64,000 bases of DNA. Source: Patescibacteria group bacterium (lineage in GTDB: Bacteria > Patescibacteriota > Patescibacteriia > SG8-24). The notes below the pieces were generated by a model. That model had not been told where the DNA came from and did not search any database. It saw only the letters and a program-made list of their open reading frames with translations. The translations under genes were made by a program, and so were the position numbers. Each line of letters opens with the position of its first letter. Within the stretch, counting starts at the first letter, position 1. Positions 36,916 through 47,410 of this stretch are shown piece by piece. Location: contig JBAYFM010000001.1 of NCBI GenBank assembly GCA_041667185.1, forward strand, positions 32,052 through 96,051, in the 5' to 3' direction.

Positions 36916-38739
36916 ATGTCCCCAGAAGACATCATTCCGTTGATCAGCGACAATGCCCGGCTCGTGCTTGAGTCGCGATATTTGCTGCGGGACTCGAAAG
37001 GCAAACTGATCGAGACTCCAGCCCAGCTCTTCCGCCGCGTAGCGCGGGTGATCGCGGTCGAGGAACGGCATTATGGCGCGACGGCGGCCGAGGCCCGCAA
37101 CTGGGAGAATCTGTTCTACGCCATGATGGCGCACGGCGAGTTCTTGCCGAACACGCCTACGCTCATGAACGCCGGCGCCTCGCTCGGCCAGCTTTCGGCT
37201 TGCTACGTCATTCCGATCAAGGACTCGGTCGACAGTATTTTTGACGCGCTCAAAGCCGCGGCCGAGGTCCATAAGTCTGGCGGCGGCACCGGCTTCGATT
37301 TCTCCGAGATCAGGCCGCGCGGCGATCTCGTGCGTTCGACCGGCGGCATCGCTTCCGGCCCGGTCAGCTTCCTGCATATCTTCGACGCCGTGACCGACGT
37401 CATCCGCCAGGGCGGCAAGCGCCGCGGCGCCAACATGGGCGTGCTGCGCGTGGACCATCCGGACATCCTGGAATTCATCGAGGCTAAGTTGCATGACGAA
37501 TGCCTGCGCAACTTCAACGTTTCAGTCTCGGTCACGGACGCTTTCATGCGCGCCGTCGCCGCCGGCCGGAACTACAAATTATACAATCCCCACACCGGCA
37601 AGGTCGCGGCTGAACGCCCGGCGCGCGAGATCTTCGACAAGATCGTGGCCGCGGCCTGGCGCACGGGCGACCCGGGTATCCTCTTCATCGACGCGATCAA
37701 CCGTCTGAACCCGACGCGCCACATCGGTCCGATCGCTTCCACCAATCCCTGCGGCGAAGTGCCGCTCCATCCCTGGGAGTCCTGCAATCTCGGCTCGATC
37801 AACCTGTCGAAACTGGTCGCAGGCGAACCGCTCAGCGGCAAATTCGACTGGCTCCGGCTCAAAGGGCTGGTCCACGACGCCGTCCGTTTCCTTGATGACA
37901 TCATCGACGCGAATCGTTTCCCGCTGGAGCAGTGCGCCGCCGCCGCCCGAGACAATCGCCGCATCGGTCTGGGCATCATGGGTTTCGCCGAGGCCCTGAT
38001 CCATCTCGGCATTCCGTATGATTCCGATGAGGCGTTGAAGTTCGCTGACCGCTTGATGGGCTTCATCGAGCGCGAGGGCCACGCCGCTTCCGCCGAGCTC
38101 GCCCGGCAGCGCGGCAGCTTCCCGAATTTCCGCGGTTCGCTCTGGCAGAAGCGGGGAGCGAAACGGATGCGCAACGCCACGATCACGACGATTGCGCCGA
38201 CGGGGACGATCTCGGTCCTGGCCGGCTGTTCATCCGGCATCGAGCCGTTGTTCGCCGTTTCTTTCGTCCGGCACGTCCTTGAGGGTCAGCATCTCGTCGA
38301 GACCACGCCGCTGTTCCGCGAGGTCGCCAAAAAACGCGGCCTCTGGAACACCGAGCTTGAACTCCGCGTCGCGGCCAATGGCTCGGTCCAGGACGTGGAG
38401 GGTCTGTCCGCCGCGGAGAAGCGGATCTTCCGGACCGCGCACGAGATCAATGTGGCGCATCATGTCCGGATGCAGGCGGCTTTCCAGCGCCACACCGACA
38501 ACGCCGTCTCGAAGACCATCAATCTGCCGGAGACCGCCTCGCCAGCCGAGGTCCGCAACGCCTATCTCGAGGCCTGGAAATTGAAGTGCAAAGGCATCAC
38601 CGTCTATCGCGACGGCAGCAAGACGAATCAGGTGCTCACGACCGGCGCGGCGGCGGGCGGCAAGAAGGACCTCGTCGGCGCTGGCAGCGAATACGCCGGC
38701 GGCTGTCCGGCCGGCGTGTGCGCGTATATGCCGACGTGA
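36916..38739 (+). CDS. nrdJ: Class II (adenosylcobalamin-dependent) ribonucleotide reductase
   Basis: TPTLMNAG, ACYVIPIKDSVDSIF, SGGGTGFDFSEIRPRGDLV and a C-terminal Cys pair. 608 aa; no intein. Confidence 0.85.
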   Translation: MSPEDIIPLISDNARLVLESRYLLRDSKGKLIETPAQLFRRVARVIAVEERHYGATAAEARNWENLFYAMMAHGEFLPNTPTLMNAGASLGQLSACYVIPIKDSVDSIFDALKAAAEVHKSGGGTGFDFSEIRPRGDLVRSTGGIASGPVSFLHIFDAVTDVIRQGGKRRGANMGVLRVDHPDILEFIEAKLHDECLRNFNVSVSVTDAFMRAVAAGRNYKLYNPHTGKVAAERPAREIFDKIVAAAWRTGDPGILFIDAINRLNPTRHIGPIASTNPCGEVPLHPWESCNLGSINLSKLVAGEPLSGKFDWLRLKGLVHDAVRFLDDIIDANRFPLEQCAAAARDNRRIGLGIMGFAEALIHLGIPYDSDEALKFADRLMGFIEREGHAASAELARQRGSFPNFRGSLWQKRGAKRMRNATITTIAPTGTISVLAGCSSGIEPLFAVSFVRHVLEGQHLVETTPLFREVAKKRGLWNTELELRVAANGSVQDVEGLSAAEKRIFRTAHEINVAHHVRMQAAFQRHTDNAVSKTINLPETASPAEVRNAYLEAWKLKCKGITVYRDGSKTNQVLTTGAAAGGKKDLVGAGSEYAGGCPAGVCAYMPT

Positions 38740-38935
38740 GGAGTGGGGAAGTGCGGGAGAGACGGAGCCACGTCGTTCGCGAACGACGTGACGGAGCCGT
38801 GTCGCTCGCGAGCTATACGGCGGAGTGCTGGAGTGCGGGAGTGCAGGAGAGCTGAAGGTTTGAGATCAAACTCCAGCACTTCAGAACTTCAGTACTCCAG
38901 CACTCCCACACTTAATCTCTCCCTGACTCCGCAAC
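38740..38935. repeat. R1-family repeat copy (largest) with nested palindromes
   Basis: Left end ggagtggggaagtgcgggagagacggagcc. Contains the perfect 22-bp palindrome cacgtcgttcgcgaacgacgtg and an inverted pair ggagtgctggagtgcggg / cactccagcactcc. Right end tctccctgactccgca. Confidence 0.55.
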
Positions 38936-39088
38936 TCGCCTATTCTTCCACGATGAACGCGATCTTTACGGCCACAACATGACGATCAGACATTCATTTG
39001 GTGAGCATATTATTTTCGAGTTTGTGATGGGCAGCGATAAAAAAAGAACGCCGCAGAGGGCGTTCAATGAGAAGGTGTTCGGCCGCTG

Positions 39089-39556
39089 TTATTCCGGCTT
39101 CTCGAGCGGCAGGTTGATGTCGATCGGCCAGTCGCTTTCCCGGACGGTCACGACCGCATACTGGACGTGGTCATCCATCAGTGTCTGGATCGTCGGTCCT
39201 TCATAGCCACAGGGTTCCCAGTTGAATCTGATGGTCGGAACCGCGGCGGCGTTGTCCAGCTTCACGCGGATCCTCTCGAGCGGTAGTGATGAGATGGCGT
39301 AGATGCCGTCCGGCATCTGCCAAGCGAATCGCACGATCACCTGCTGTTGTGACGAAGACCCGTAGCTGCCGACAAAGAGGAAGAATCCTCCCGTTGCCCG
39401 CGAACTGGTCTCGGTGCGTTCCGCTATCTTGCGGAGCTGGTGTTCGCCCTGCAGGATCGCGTCTGTAGCCGCTTGGTTCTTCGCCACGTCTTGCATTGTC
39501 AGACAGCTCATTGAGCAAGCGGCGATGACTGACATCAAGATGATCTGTCGGAACAT
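39089..39556 (-). CDS. Lipoprotein, hypothetical
   Basis: MFRQIILMSVIAACSMSC: signal peptide plus lipobox. A terminator follows on the minus strand at 39030-39060. Confidence 0.4.
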   Translation of the reverse strand: MFRQIILMSVIAACSMSCLTMQDVAKNQAATDAILQGEHQLRKIAERTETSSRATGGFFLFVGSYGSSSQQQVIVRFAWQMPDGIYAISSLPLERIRVKLDNAAAVPTIRFNWEPCGYEGPTIQTLMDDHVQYAVVTVRESDWPIDINLPLEKPE

Positions 39557-39689
39557 GGTTCACTCCTTTTGTGAAAGTACCAGTGACGAGGCTATCCTAA
39601 TATTTGAGATTTGGAAAGTCAATCGTTCAGCCGGGGGAGAGGCAGCAAGCGCTCTTCAAAAGTCCGTCCGGAAATGATATAATATTTTC

Positions 39690-40115
39690 ATGAAGAAGTT
39701 CGACCTTAAACCCGGCGAGTCCGATATCCGCGTCGTGGCCACCACCAAGGCTGGTTTCCTGCAGGCCGCTTTAGAGGGCGCTTTTGCCGTGGGCGGCATT
39801 GATTTCGCTAAAATGACCGAAGATGGGACGCCGCCAGCCACTGATCGCGAGCGCCATTTCACGGTCGAAGCCGCTGATTTCACCCAGATCCTGATCGCGC
39901 TGCTCAACGAAGCGCTCAAATTGGCCGCGGAAAAGAAAGAAGCCTATGCCGGCCTGCGCTTGGCGCTCATCACCGACAAGAAGGTCGAGGGCGACTTTTT
40001 GGGCCAAGGTGGCCTTAAATTGAAGAAAGAGATCAAGACCGCCGCTTGTTCGCCCGAGGGTGTCCACAAGAACCAGCTCGGCTACTGGGAAGCGAATATT
40101 GAATTCCGAGTCTGA
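39690..40115 (+). CDS. Archease-like protein
   Basis: About 140 aa. ESDIRVVATTKAGFLQAALEGAFAV and a C-terminal ...EIKTAACSPEGVHKNQLGYWEANIEF resemble archease motifs. A TATAAT lies only about 10 nt upstream of the ATG. Confidence 0.4.
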   Translation: MKKFDLKPGESDIRVVATTKAGFLQAALEGAFAVGGIDFAKMTEDGTPPATDRERHFTVEAADFTQILIALLNEALKLAAEKKEAYAGLRLALITDKKVEGDFLGQGGLKLKKEIKTAACSPEGVHKNQLGYWEANIEFRV

Positions 40116-40217
40116 TGTCCGAGAGTCGTCCGATAGTGTCCGGGGCCGCGTTCAAGGCGGCTTTTTACTTAGGCTGCGCCGGCCTCGTCGAGAGTCTGGC
40201 AGCACGCGAATGTAAGT

Positions 40218-40850
40218 ATGGTTTTCGCTGACCGGCATGAGGCCGGAGTCAAATTAGCCGCCGCTCTCGGTAAGTACGCCGGCCAGCCGGACGTGGCGGT
40301 GGTCGCTTTGCCGCGCGGCGGCGTCGTGCCTGGGAGGGTCGTCGCCGACGCCCTGGACGCGCCGCTCGACATCGTCGTGCCGCGCAAGATCGGCGCGCCG
40401 TCCGACGAAGAGTACGCGATCGGAGCCGTCACTGAAGCTGGTCAGGTGGTCTGGAACGAAGCGGAGCGGGCCGGGTACGATCCAGCCAAGCTTGCAGCGA
40501 TCATCAAGAAAGAGACGGCCGAGGCCGCCCGGCGACTCGGCAAGTTCCGCGCCGGCCTGCCGCCGCTCGATCTTCGCGGCAAGATGGTCATCATCGTTGA
40601 TGACGGCGTCGCCACCGGTTTCACCATGCTGGCCGCGATCGCCACGGTCAGGTCCCGGCAGCCGCGCCGGATCGTCGTGGCCGTACCGGTGGGTCCGCCA
40701 GATTCCTTGGCCCGGATCGGGTCGGTTGCCGATGAAGTCATCGCTCTTGAGCGGCCGGATTCGTTCCAGGCCATCGGTTCGTTTTATGAAGAATTCGACC
40801 AGGTCGATGACGGCGCTGTCATGCGCTTGTTGCATCCCCAGTCGGATTAG
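40218..40850 (+). CDS. Phosphoribosyltransferase-domain protein
   Basis: PRPP-binding motif MVIIVDDGVATGFTM. Confidence 0.65.
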   Translation: MVFADRHEAGVKLAAALGKYAGQPDVAVVALPRGGVVPGRVVADALDAPLDIVVPRKIGAPSDEEYAIGAVTEAGQVVWNEAERAGYDPAKLAAIIKKETAEAARRLGKFRAGLPPLDLRGKMVIIVDDGVATGFTMLAAIATVRSRQPRRIVVAVPVGPPDSLARIGSVADEVIALERPDSFQAIGSFYEEFDQVDDGAVMRLLHPQSD

Positions 40851-40954
40851 GTCTGAAGATCATGTTTTTTCAGCATAGTTACGCCGCAAGGCGTTATTTT
40901 ATTGCTGGCGGCCCGCTGCCCGAACCAGACCAAGGTCCGGCTGCCTGTACAGTA

Positions 40955-40990
40955 GCGTTGACAAAAGCCGGTTTTTAGGCTACATTGTCC
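40955..40990 (+). promoter_or_regulatory. Promoter TTGACA-17-TACATT
   Basis: gttgacaaaagccggtttttaggctacattg. It is followed by an ~85-nt leader and GGGAGG before ATG 41080. Confidence 0.45.
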
Positions 40991-41079
40991 TGTCCGCTTT
41001 GAATCAGCGTGACATCAGCTTAAGCGGCTGAAAAGCCGCCCCGATCCTTAACATCTGCCGTCATCACGGGAGGTTTGCC

Positions 41080-41997
41080 ATGATCAAGCGCTCAAGCGTT
41101 GTCTGCTGGTGCAGTTTCGTCTTCGCCGCTTGCGGCTCTCAGAACGCGTCCGGCGGGGATCTGGTCCTGGAGACCAGCCTCGTTTGCGATCGCACCGCGA
41201 GCGCGTCGTCTTCGGACTATCAGGACGAGTCGCTGCTCGCGACCGTCGCGTTCGCCGACTTGGATGTCGCCGCGGCCGCTCCGGCCAGCGACGCTTCCTT
41301 CGAAGCCGCGTCCGCCAAATCGGCGGTCTGTCCGCCGGAGGCCGAGCAGTGTCTCGACCAGTGCTGCGACAATGGTCCGAGGTCTGAGCCGACATCGACC
41401 GATTACGTCATCACGCGCGAGGATCGCGACGCGGCCAAAGCCGCCGGCCAGAACGTGCTCGAGTATCTTTACGGCTCCGCGGCCGTGAACGTATCGCGCT
41501 TCAACCGGCTCGACCCGCGCTTCGCTCACGCCGGACACAAGCTCCGCGTGCCGCAGCTGGCCGAGGGCGAGGTCTACACGCCGCTGCCGCAACGCTACGA
41601 ACCAGCGAAGGGCCAGGTCAAGTTCATCCTGGTCGACCTCAAGCGCCAGTTCGTCGGACTTTATGAGTGCGGCCAGCTCAGAGATTCGTTCCCGATCAGT
41701 TCGGGACGTCTCAGCCGCGGTCCGCATGGCGAGAACTACCGGACGCCGACCGGCACCACCAAGGTCCGCGCCAAGAAGATCGACGCCAAGTCATCGAAAT
41801 ATCCGGAACCGAACGGTGGCGCGCCGATGCCTTACGCGGTCAATTTCCGCGGTTCGGCCTACTGGATGCATGGCGGCGATCTCGTCGGTTCGCCGGCTTC
41901 GCACGGTTGCGTGCGCCTGCTTCTCGAGGACGCCAAAAAGATCTTCGCCTGGGCGGAGATCGGCATCCCCGTGAGCGTCGTGAGTTCTTTCGACTGA
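41080..41997 (+). CDS. L,D-transpeptidase (YkuD domain) with signal peptide
   Basis: Catalytic motif SHGCVRL. N-terminal signal peptide. Confidence 0.75.
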   Translation: MIKRSSVVCWCSFVFAACGSQNASGGDLVLETSLVCDRTASASSSDYQDESLLATVAFADLDVAAAAPASDASFEAASAKSAVCPPEAEQCLDQCCDNGPRSEPTSTDYVITREDRDAAKAAGQNVLEYLYGSAAVNVSRFNRLDPRFAHAGHKLRVPQLAEGEVYTPLPQRYEPAKGQVKFILVDLKRQFVGLYECGQLRDSFPISSGRLSRGPHGENYRTPTGTTKVRAKKIDAKSSKYPEPNGGAPMPYAVNFRGSAYWMHGGDLVGSPASHGCVRLLLEDAKKIFAWAEIGIPVSVVSSFD

Positions 41998-42003
41998 GTC
42001 TTT

Positions 42004-42037
42004 CCGCCCCCGCCCTTTTTGGGAGGGGCGGTTTTTT
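42004..42037 (+). terminator. Rho-independent terminator
   Basis: ccgcccc-cgccctttttgggag-gggcgg-ttttttt. Confidence 0.6.
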
Positions 42038-42127
42038 TATCTGGCCAAATCGTCTCGCAGCCGTTATCATTTCTTCAGCGAGAAAATTTGGCGGCGCGTT
42101 ATTTTTGCGGCGCTATCCGATGAGTCT

Positions 42128-42397
42128 ATGGCCAGACATTATGACATCAAGGTCCGCGGCCGGGTCCAGGGCATCTATTTTCGTCTGGCCGCGAAAGAGC
42201 TGGCGCAGCGGCTGCTGCTCGCTGGCCACGTCAAGAACGAATCCGACGGCAGTGTGAGCGTCGCGGTCGAAGGGGAAGCGGCCGCGCTCGAGACTTTCGC
42301 AGCCTGGTGCCAGCGCGGGCCGGAGCAGGCGACGGTCAAGGAAGCGGTCGTGACGGAGGGCGAAGTCGTCGGCCTGACGCAGTTCCGCATCTTGTGA
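42128..42397 (+). CDS. acyP: Acylphosphatase
   Basis: VRGRVQGIYFR...AGHVKNESDGSV: acylphosphatase signatures in an 89-aa protein. Confidence 0.75.
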   Translation: MARHYDIKVRGRVQGIYFRLAAKELAQRLLLAGHVKNESDGSVSVAVEGEAAALETFAAWCQRGPEQATVKEAVVTEGEVVGLTQFRIL

Positions 42398-42465
42398 ACG
42401 GCTTCGGCTGGCGGGGCCGTCATGCTATCCTATATATAAGATGAAAGCAGGGGGAACTTCCGAAT

Positions 42466-43047
42466 ATGACCGAGCGCAAGCAAAGGATCCTGGTCGCCGC
42501 GGCGATCCTGCTCGTCGGTCTGGCCGGCGTCGCGATCCTGGCGGCGGTCAGCGGGACGGCGGCGAAAAAGACCATTAATCCTATCATCGGCAGCGGTCAT
42601 ATGAAGATCACCAGTCCGCAATTCGAGCAGGATGGCGCCATCCCGGCGCGGTACACCTGCGACGGGGAGAACATCAATCCGCCGTTGCGCGTGAGCGGCG
42701 TGCCGGAGGAAGCCCGGACGCTGGCGCTCATCGTTGACGATCCGGATGCCGCGGCCGGCGCCTGGACCCATTGGACGGTCTGGAATATTCCCGCCGCCGA
42801 TATCGTCGAGATCGGCGAGAAGTCCGTGCCGGGAGGAGCGGTCGAAGGCCTGACTGATTTTGGCCGCGCGGGTTACGGCGGTCCCTGCCCGCCGAGCGGG
42901 GAGCATCGTTATTTTTTCCAGGCGTACGCGCTGGACGCGGAATTGGAGCTGACCGCCGCAGCCGGCGTGAAAGAGCTGGAAGCGGCCATGCGGGATCATA
43001 TTTTGGACAAAGCCGGTCTCATCGGGGTTTACCGGCGGCAGCCATGA
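42466..43047 (+). CDS. YbhB/YbcL (PEBP/RKIP) family protein with N-terminal anchor
   Basis: GEHRYFFQAYALD, the PEBP signature. Confidence 0.75.
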   Translation: MTERKQRILVAAAILLVGLAGVAILAAVSGTAAKKTINPIIGSGHMKITSPQFEQDGAIPARYTCDGENINPPLRVSGVPEEARTLALIVDDPDAAAGAWTHWTVWNIPAADIVEIGEKSVPGGAVEGLTDFGRAGYGGPCPPSGEHRYFFQAYALDAELELTAAAGVKELEAAMRDHILDKAGLIGVYRRQP

Positions 43048-43200
43048 ATTCTCGGCCGCCGGGCGGAGCGTCAGCCGCCTGATGTGGGGATAAATCGTCT
43101 GGCCTGATAGCCAAAAAAAGGTTATTATGGCTTATCGCTGGTCTCATCGGCCGGCTTAACTGAGTTAAATCAAGGGATTCTATTTATTTTTTACAGCTTT

Positions 43201-43965
43201 ATGATCCACGAAGAACAGCAGTCGGCCCGCGCTTTGACGCTCTCGCCGAAGATGAGTTTCATCCTGGGCATCGTCGGCGGAATCTTGGTCTTCTGCACCA
43301 TCGGTTTTTTCATCCTGTTGTCCATCGTCCTGAAGGGCAATATCGTCCCGGCGGAGAATAAACAGCCGGCTCCGGCTGCCGCCAACGTCAACGATCAGGC
43401 CGCGGCTCCGGCCGAACAGCCGGGAGAACAGGTCGGCGAGGTCGCTCCGGTCACGAGCGATGATCATGTTCTCGGCGACGTCAACGCTCCGGTCACGCTC
43501 ATCACTTACACCGATCTCCAGTGCCCTTACTGCGAGAAATTCCACACGACCATGCAGCAGGTCATGGCTGATTACAAGGGCAAGGTCCGCTGGGTCTATC
43601 GGCATTTCCCGCTGTCGTTCCACCCCTTCGCCATGCCGGCCGCGAACGCCGCGGAATGCGCCGCGGAGCAGGGTAAGTTCTTCGAGTTCGCCGACAAGAT
43701 CTTTGCCGACCAGGCGAACATCGGCACCGCTCTCTTCGACAAGATCGCGGTCGAGCTCAAGCTGAACAAGTCCAAGTTCGACAGCTGCGTCAAAACCAGC
43801 AAGTATCAGGCTCGCATCGACAATGATCGCACGACCGGCGGCGCGGCTGGCATCAGCGGTACTCCCGGAACGATCATCCTGACCGCCGACGGCGGCAAGC
43901 AGCTCATCCCGGGCGCCCTGCCTTACGAGAGCGTGGCTGGCATGATCGACAGTGTGCTGAAATAG
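43201..43965 (+). CDS. DsbA-like thioredoxin-fold protein, membrane-anchored
   Basis: CPYC active site (LQCPYCEKFH) and an N-terminal TM helix. Confidence 0.7.
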   Translation: MIHEEQQSARALTLSPKMSFILGIVGGILVFCTIGFFILLSIVLKGNIVPAENKQPAPAAANVNDQAAAPAEQPGEQVGEVAPVTSDDHVLGDVNAPVTLITYTDLQCPYCEKFHTTMQQVMADYKGKVRWVYRHFPLSFHPFAMPAANAAECAAEQGKFFEFADKIFADQANIGTALFDKIAVELKLNKSKFDSCVKTSKYQARIDNDRTTGGAAGISGTPGTIILTADGGKQLIPGALPYESVAGMIDSVLK

Positions 43966-44109
43966 AGCGAGACGATCCGCGTGACCTTCGACCGACCCGG
44001 CCCAGCGCCGGGTCGGTTTGTTATCTTGGCGGAGGGGGGTGTCGCTTGACGGTCAGTGTCTTTGCCGTTACTTTGCCAACAGCTCTTTACCATTCCAAAG
44101 GAGAACCAC

Positions 44110-44559
44110 ATGGAACTCGCGGAAATGCGCGCGACAGCGAAACGACTTGAGCGCCGACGCGTGTGCTGGCTGATCGCGACCCTAGCGTCATATCTGGTGA
44201 CCGGCGTCAGCCTTGGCGCCATCTTTTTCGCCACCAGCGATCAGCGACCGGGATCGGTAGCGCCTGCGATCATCCTGACGGTGTTCGTGGGCGGCATGAT
44301 CCTGATGAGGAGCTGCGTCGGTCGGACCACAGCTGTTTACAGGCAGATCAAACTGCTCGAAGCGGTCGTTGCCGAAGGGGAAGTGGCCCGCGTCGAGGCG
44401 TTCCGCATCACCCCTGACAATCAGCCGGTATACCGCGTCCATTTTTCCGATGGCCGCTTGCACGAGGTCAACGCCATCCTTCCGGTTTTCGTCGGCGCTG
44501 GCCAGCATGTCCGGATGTTCGAGAATGGTCTGGGAAGACACCGTTTCGAACGGATCTGA
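44110..44559 (+). CDS. Hypothetical membrane protein
   Basis: AAGGAG lies 6 nt before ATG 44110. Two TM helices. A terminator is at 44641-44672 (gaggctcctcagcctc plus T-run). Confidence 0.35.
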   Translation: MELAEMRATAKRLERRRVCWLIATLASYLVTGVSLGAIFFATSDQRPGSVAPAIILTVFVGGMILMRSCVGRTTAVYRQIKLLEAVVAEGEVARVEAFRITPDNQPVYRVHFSDGRLHEVNAILPVFVGAGQHVRMFENGLGRHRFERI

Positions 44560-44812
44560 TCCGGCAGCGGGATTTTTCCAGCTTTGCCGTCGGATCATCA
44601 TGGACAGCTCGAAAAATCGCCTTTCAAGCCAGCCTGGTCTTCGAATGAGGCTCCTCAGCCTCATTTTTATTTTCAATTAGCGCGTTTTTCGGCCGCGCCA
44701 CGGTTGACTTTTTCGGCCGTTTCGTCTATACTCAAGCGCACGTCGAATATTATAGCCAAAGGATCGCGCCCCGCCGCCGCGCGCGGGACTCCGGCCTAGC
44801 CGCAGATAACGT

Positions 44813-46633
44813 ATGGATCACAAGGAAATTCGCAACATCGCCATCATCGCCCACGTCGACCATGGCAAGACCACGCTCGTCGACGCGTTATTGAGGCAAT
44901 CGCACGCCCTGAAGAAGGACGTCGGCGGTGAATTGATCATGGATTCCAATGATCTGGAACGCGAGCGCGGCATCACGATCTTCTCCAAGAACGCCGCGGT
45001 CGAATATCAGGGCGTCAAGATCAACATCATCGACACTCCCGGCCACGCTGATTTCGGCGGCGAGGTCGAGCGCATCATGCGCATGGTCGACGGCGCCATC
45101 CTGCTCGTGGACGCCAAGGAAGGCCCGATGCCGCAGACCAAGTTCGTCCTCCGGAACGCCATCAAAGCCGGCCATAAGATCATCGTGGTCATCAACAAGA
45201 TCGACAAGCCGGAGGCCCGCGTCGAATGGGTGCTGAACAAGACCTTCGACCTGTTCGTCGAACTCGGCGCTTCGGACGAACAGACCAATTTTCCCGTGCT
45301 GTACGCTTCGGGCGTCAAGGGTCTGGCCGGTCTGGAATCGGATCTCGACAAGATGACTGACATCCGGCCGGTGTTCGACACCATTCTCGAGGTCATCAAA
45401 CCGGCCCGGGCGGAGATGGACAAGCCGCCGCAGATGCTCACGGTCAATCTGACTTACGACAATTTCAAGGGCAAGATCGCCATCGGCCGCCTGTATTCCG
45501 GCACGCTGCGCAAAGGTATGGAGGTCATGCATATCGCGCGCGACGGTAAGATGAAGAAGGTCAAACTGACCGGCGTCATGTCTTTCGAGGGGTTGCAGCG
45601 CGTGGATCGCGACGAGGTTTACGCCGGCGACGTCGTCGCCGTGGCCGGCATTCCGGACGTGTCCATCGGCGAGACCATCTGCGATGTCGAGCACCCCGAG
45701 GCGCTGCCCATCATCGCCATCGAAGAACCGACGGTCAAGATGACCTTCGGCATCAACACGTCGCCGTTCTCCGGCCAGGAAGGCCAATTCACCACCTCGC
45801 GGCAGATCAAGGAGCGGCTGGAGCGCGAACTCGAGACCGATGTGGCCCTGCGCCGCTTCGAGACCGAATCCATGGATCGCTGGACTCTGGCCGGCCGCGG
45901 CGAGCTGCACCTCGCCATCCTCATCGAGAAGATGCGCCGCGAAGGTTTCGAACTGGAGGTCTCCAAGCCCCAGGTCATCTTCAAGGAAGAGGGCGGCCGC
46001 AAACTTGAGCCTGTGGAACAGGTGACGATCGAGGTGCCGGAGGAGCACGTCGGCGTGGTCATCGAGAAGATGGGCCAGCGCCGCGGCGAGATGACGGATA
46101 TGCGCGTGGAGAACAAGACGGCCTATCTGGAATTCACCATTCCGACCCGCGGCCTCATCGGCTATCGTTCCCAGCTGCTCACCGACACCAAGGGGTTGGG
46201 CATCATGAATTCGCTGTTCCTCGGCTACGAGGATTACAAGGGTGATTTTGACGCCAACGCTCACGGTTCGCTCGTCGCTTTCGAGGACGGCGTGACGGTC
46301 ACTTATGGCCTGGTCGCCGCTCAGGAGCGCGGCCAGCTGTTCGTCGGTCCGGGCGTGCAGGTGTATGCCGGCATGGTCGTCGGCCAGAACGCCAAATCGG
46401 ATGATATCGAAGTGAACGTCTGCAAAGAGAAGAAGCTTTCCAATATGCGTTCCAAGGGTGACGGCGGCAGCGCCAAAGTGGACGTGCCGCGCACCATGGG
46501 TCTCGAGGATGCGCTCGAGTTCATCAGCGACGACGAGCTGGTGGAAGTGACGCCGAAGAACGTCCGCATCCGCAAGACGGTCCTGGATCATCTGGCGCGC
46601 AAGCGTTCCGAGCGCGACGCCAGCAAAGAATAA
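44813..46633 (+). CDS. typA: Translational GTPase TypA/BipA
   Basis: G-domain [22 protein letters not shown]; EF-G-like domains; 606 aa. Confidence 0.9.
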   Translation: MDHKEIRNIAIIAHVDHGKTTLVDALLRQSHALKKDVGGELIMDSNDLERERGITIFSKNAAVEYQGVKINIIDTPGHADFGGEVERIMRMVDGAILLVDAKEGPMPQTKFVLRNAIKAGHKIIVVINKIDKPEARVEWVLNKTFDLFVELGASDEQTNFPVLYASGVKGLAGLESDLDKMTDIRPVFDTILEVIKPARAEMDKPPQMLTVNLTYDNFKGKIAIGRLYSGTLRKGMEVMHIARDGKMKKVKLTGVMSFEGLQRVDRDEVYAGDVVAVAGIPDVSIGETICDVEHPEALPIIAIEEPTVKMTFGINTSPFSGQEGQFTTSRQIKERLERELETDVALRRFETESMDRWTLAGRGELHLAILIEKMRREGFELEVSKPQVIFKEEGGRKLEPVEQVTIEVPEEHVGVVIEKMGQRRGEMTDMRVENKTAYLEFTIPTRGLIGYRSQLLTDTKGLGIMNSLFLGYEDYKGDFDANAHGSLVAFEDGVTVTYGLVAAQERGQLFVGPGVQVYAGMVVGQNAKSDDIEVNVCKEKKLSNMRSKGDGGSAKVDVPRTMGLEDALEFISDDELVEVTPKNVRIRKTVLDHLARKRSERDASKE

Positions 46634-46737
46634 GTAATCACAAATCAGCCGGCAGCTAGTGGTTGGCAGCCGCTAGCTGCTTTGTTGCTGGTCGGGAGGT
46701 CGGCATCGTGGTAAAATTATCCTGTAACCGTTATCCT

Positions 46738-47172
46738 ATGACCAACCAAGAATCCAAAAAGATCACTTGCGAACATCTCCAGAAGCTGCGCACCGGCGAG
46801 TTGGAGCATATCGTGCTGGACGTGCGCGATGAGGCTGATTTCGAGACTGGGCACATCACGGATTCGATCCATGTCCCGGCGCGTGAGCTTGAGACCAATC
46901 TGCCGAACCTGCTTACGAACAAGGAGCGCAAGGTGGTCGTGGTGGTCGGTCCGACGCAGGAAGCCGAGATCGAGCGCTTGCATGAGCAGTTGGCCGGTCT
47001 GGGTTACAGCAACGTCGAGTTCCTGGCCGGCGGTATCGACCGCTGGTGCGAGATCGCGCCGCTCGAGATTGAGCCGGAACTGGTCGAGCTGACGCCTGAG
47101 GAATCCGGGTTCGTCGGCGATGAACTGAATGAGATCGATCCCGAGGGCAAGGACAACGAGCCGCTGATGTGA
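46738..47172 (+). CDS. Rhodanese-homology domain protein (probably catalytically inactive)
   Basis: Rhodanese fold (LDVRDEADFETGHITDSIHVP...FLAGGIDRW). The active-site loop lacks a Cys (VVVVVGPTQEAE). Confidence 0.55.
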   Translation: MTNQESKKITCEHLQKLRTGELEHIVLDVRDEADFETGHITDSIHVPARELETNLPNLLTNKERKVVVVVGPTQEAEIERLHEQLAGLGYSNVEFLAGGIDRWCEIAPLEIEPELVELTPEESGFVGDELNEIDPEGKDNEPLM

Positions 47173-47364
47173 GTTGAGCCGCCGCCGTGGGCGGCAGGGG
47201 AGCGTGGTTAGTCCGGTACAAGCTGGTTTTGTCAAAGACTCTTGACAAAACATCAGAAATATGATAACGTCATTGCGAGTGTCAGGTCGATTTTAAGCGC
47301 CCTTCCGAGGGCGTTTTTTTGTTTTTGTTCAGCCAAGAAACGGCATTTTTAGAGAACTCGCGAA

Positions 47365-47400
47365 ATTGAATCCGGGCCCTAGCAGTGCTATAATTTGAAT
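47365..47400 (+). promoter_or_regulatory. Promoter TTGAAT-17-TATAAT for the GH1 gene
   Basis: attgaatccgggccctagcagtgctataatttg. Confidence 0.5.
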
Positions 47401-47410
47401 AGCTTGTCAT

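Noticed and set aside
36916-38739. Intein or insertion in the class II ribonucleotide reductase, flagged because it is flanked by repeats
   Set aside because: Protein length (608 aa) and motif spacing are normal for NrdJ, with no Cys/Ser-His-Asn intein boundary motifs. The repeats are entirely intergenic.
42128-42397. Acylphosphatase as a stand-alone HypF fragment for hydrogenase maturation
   Set aside because: Only the 89-aa acylphosphatase fold is present, with no Zn-finger, YrdC or Kae1 domains nearby. Ordinary AcyP is the simpler call.
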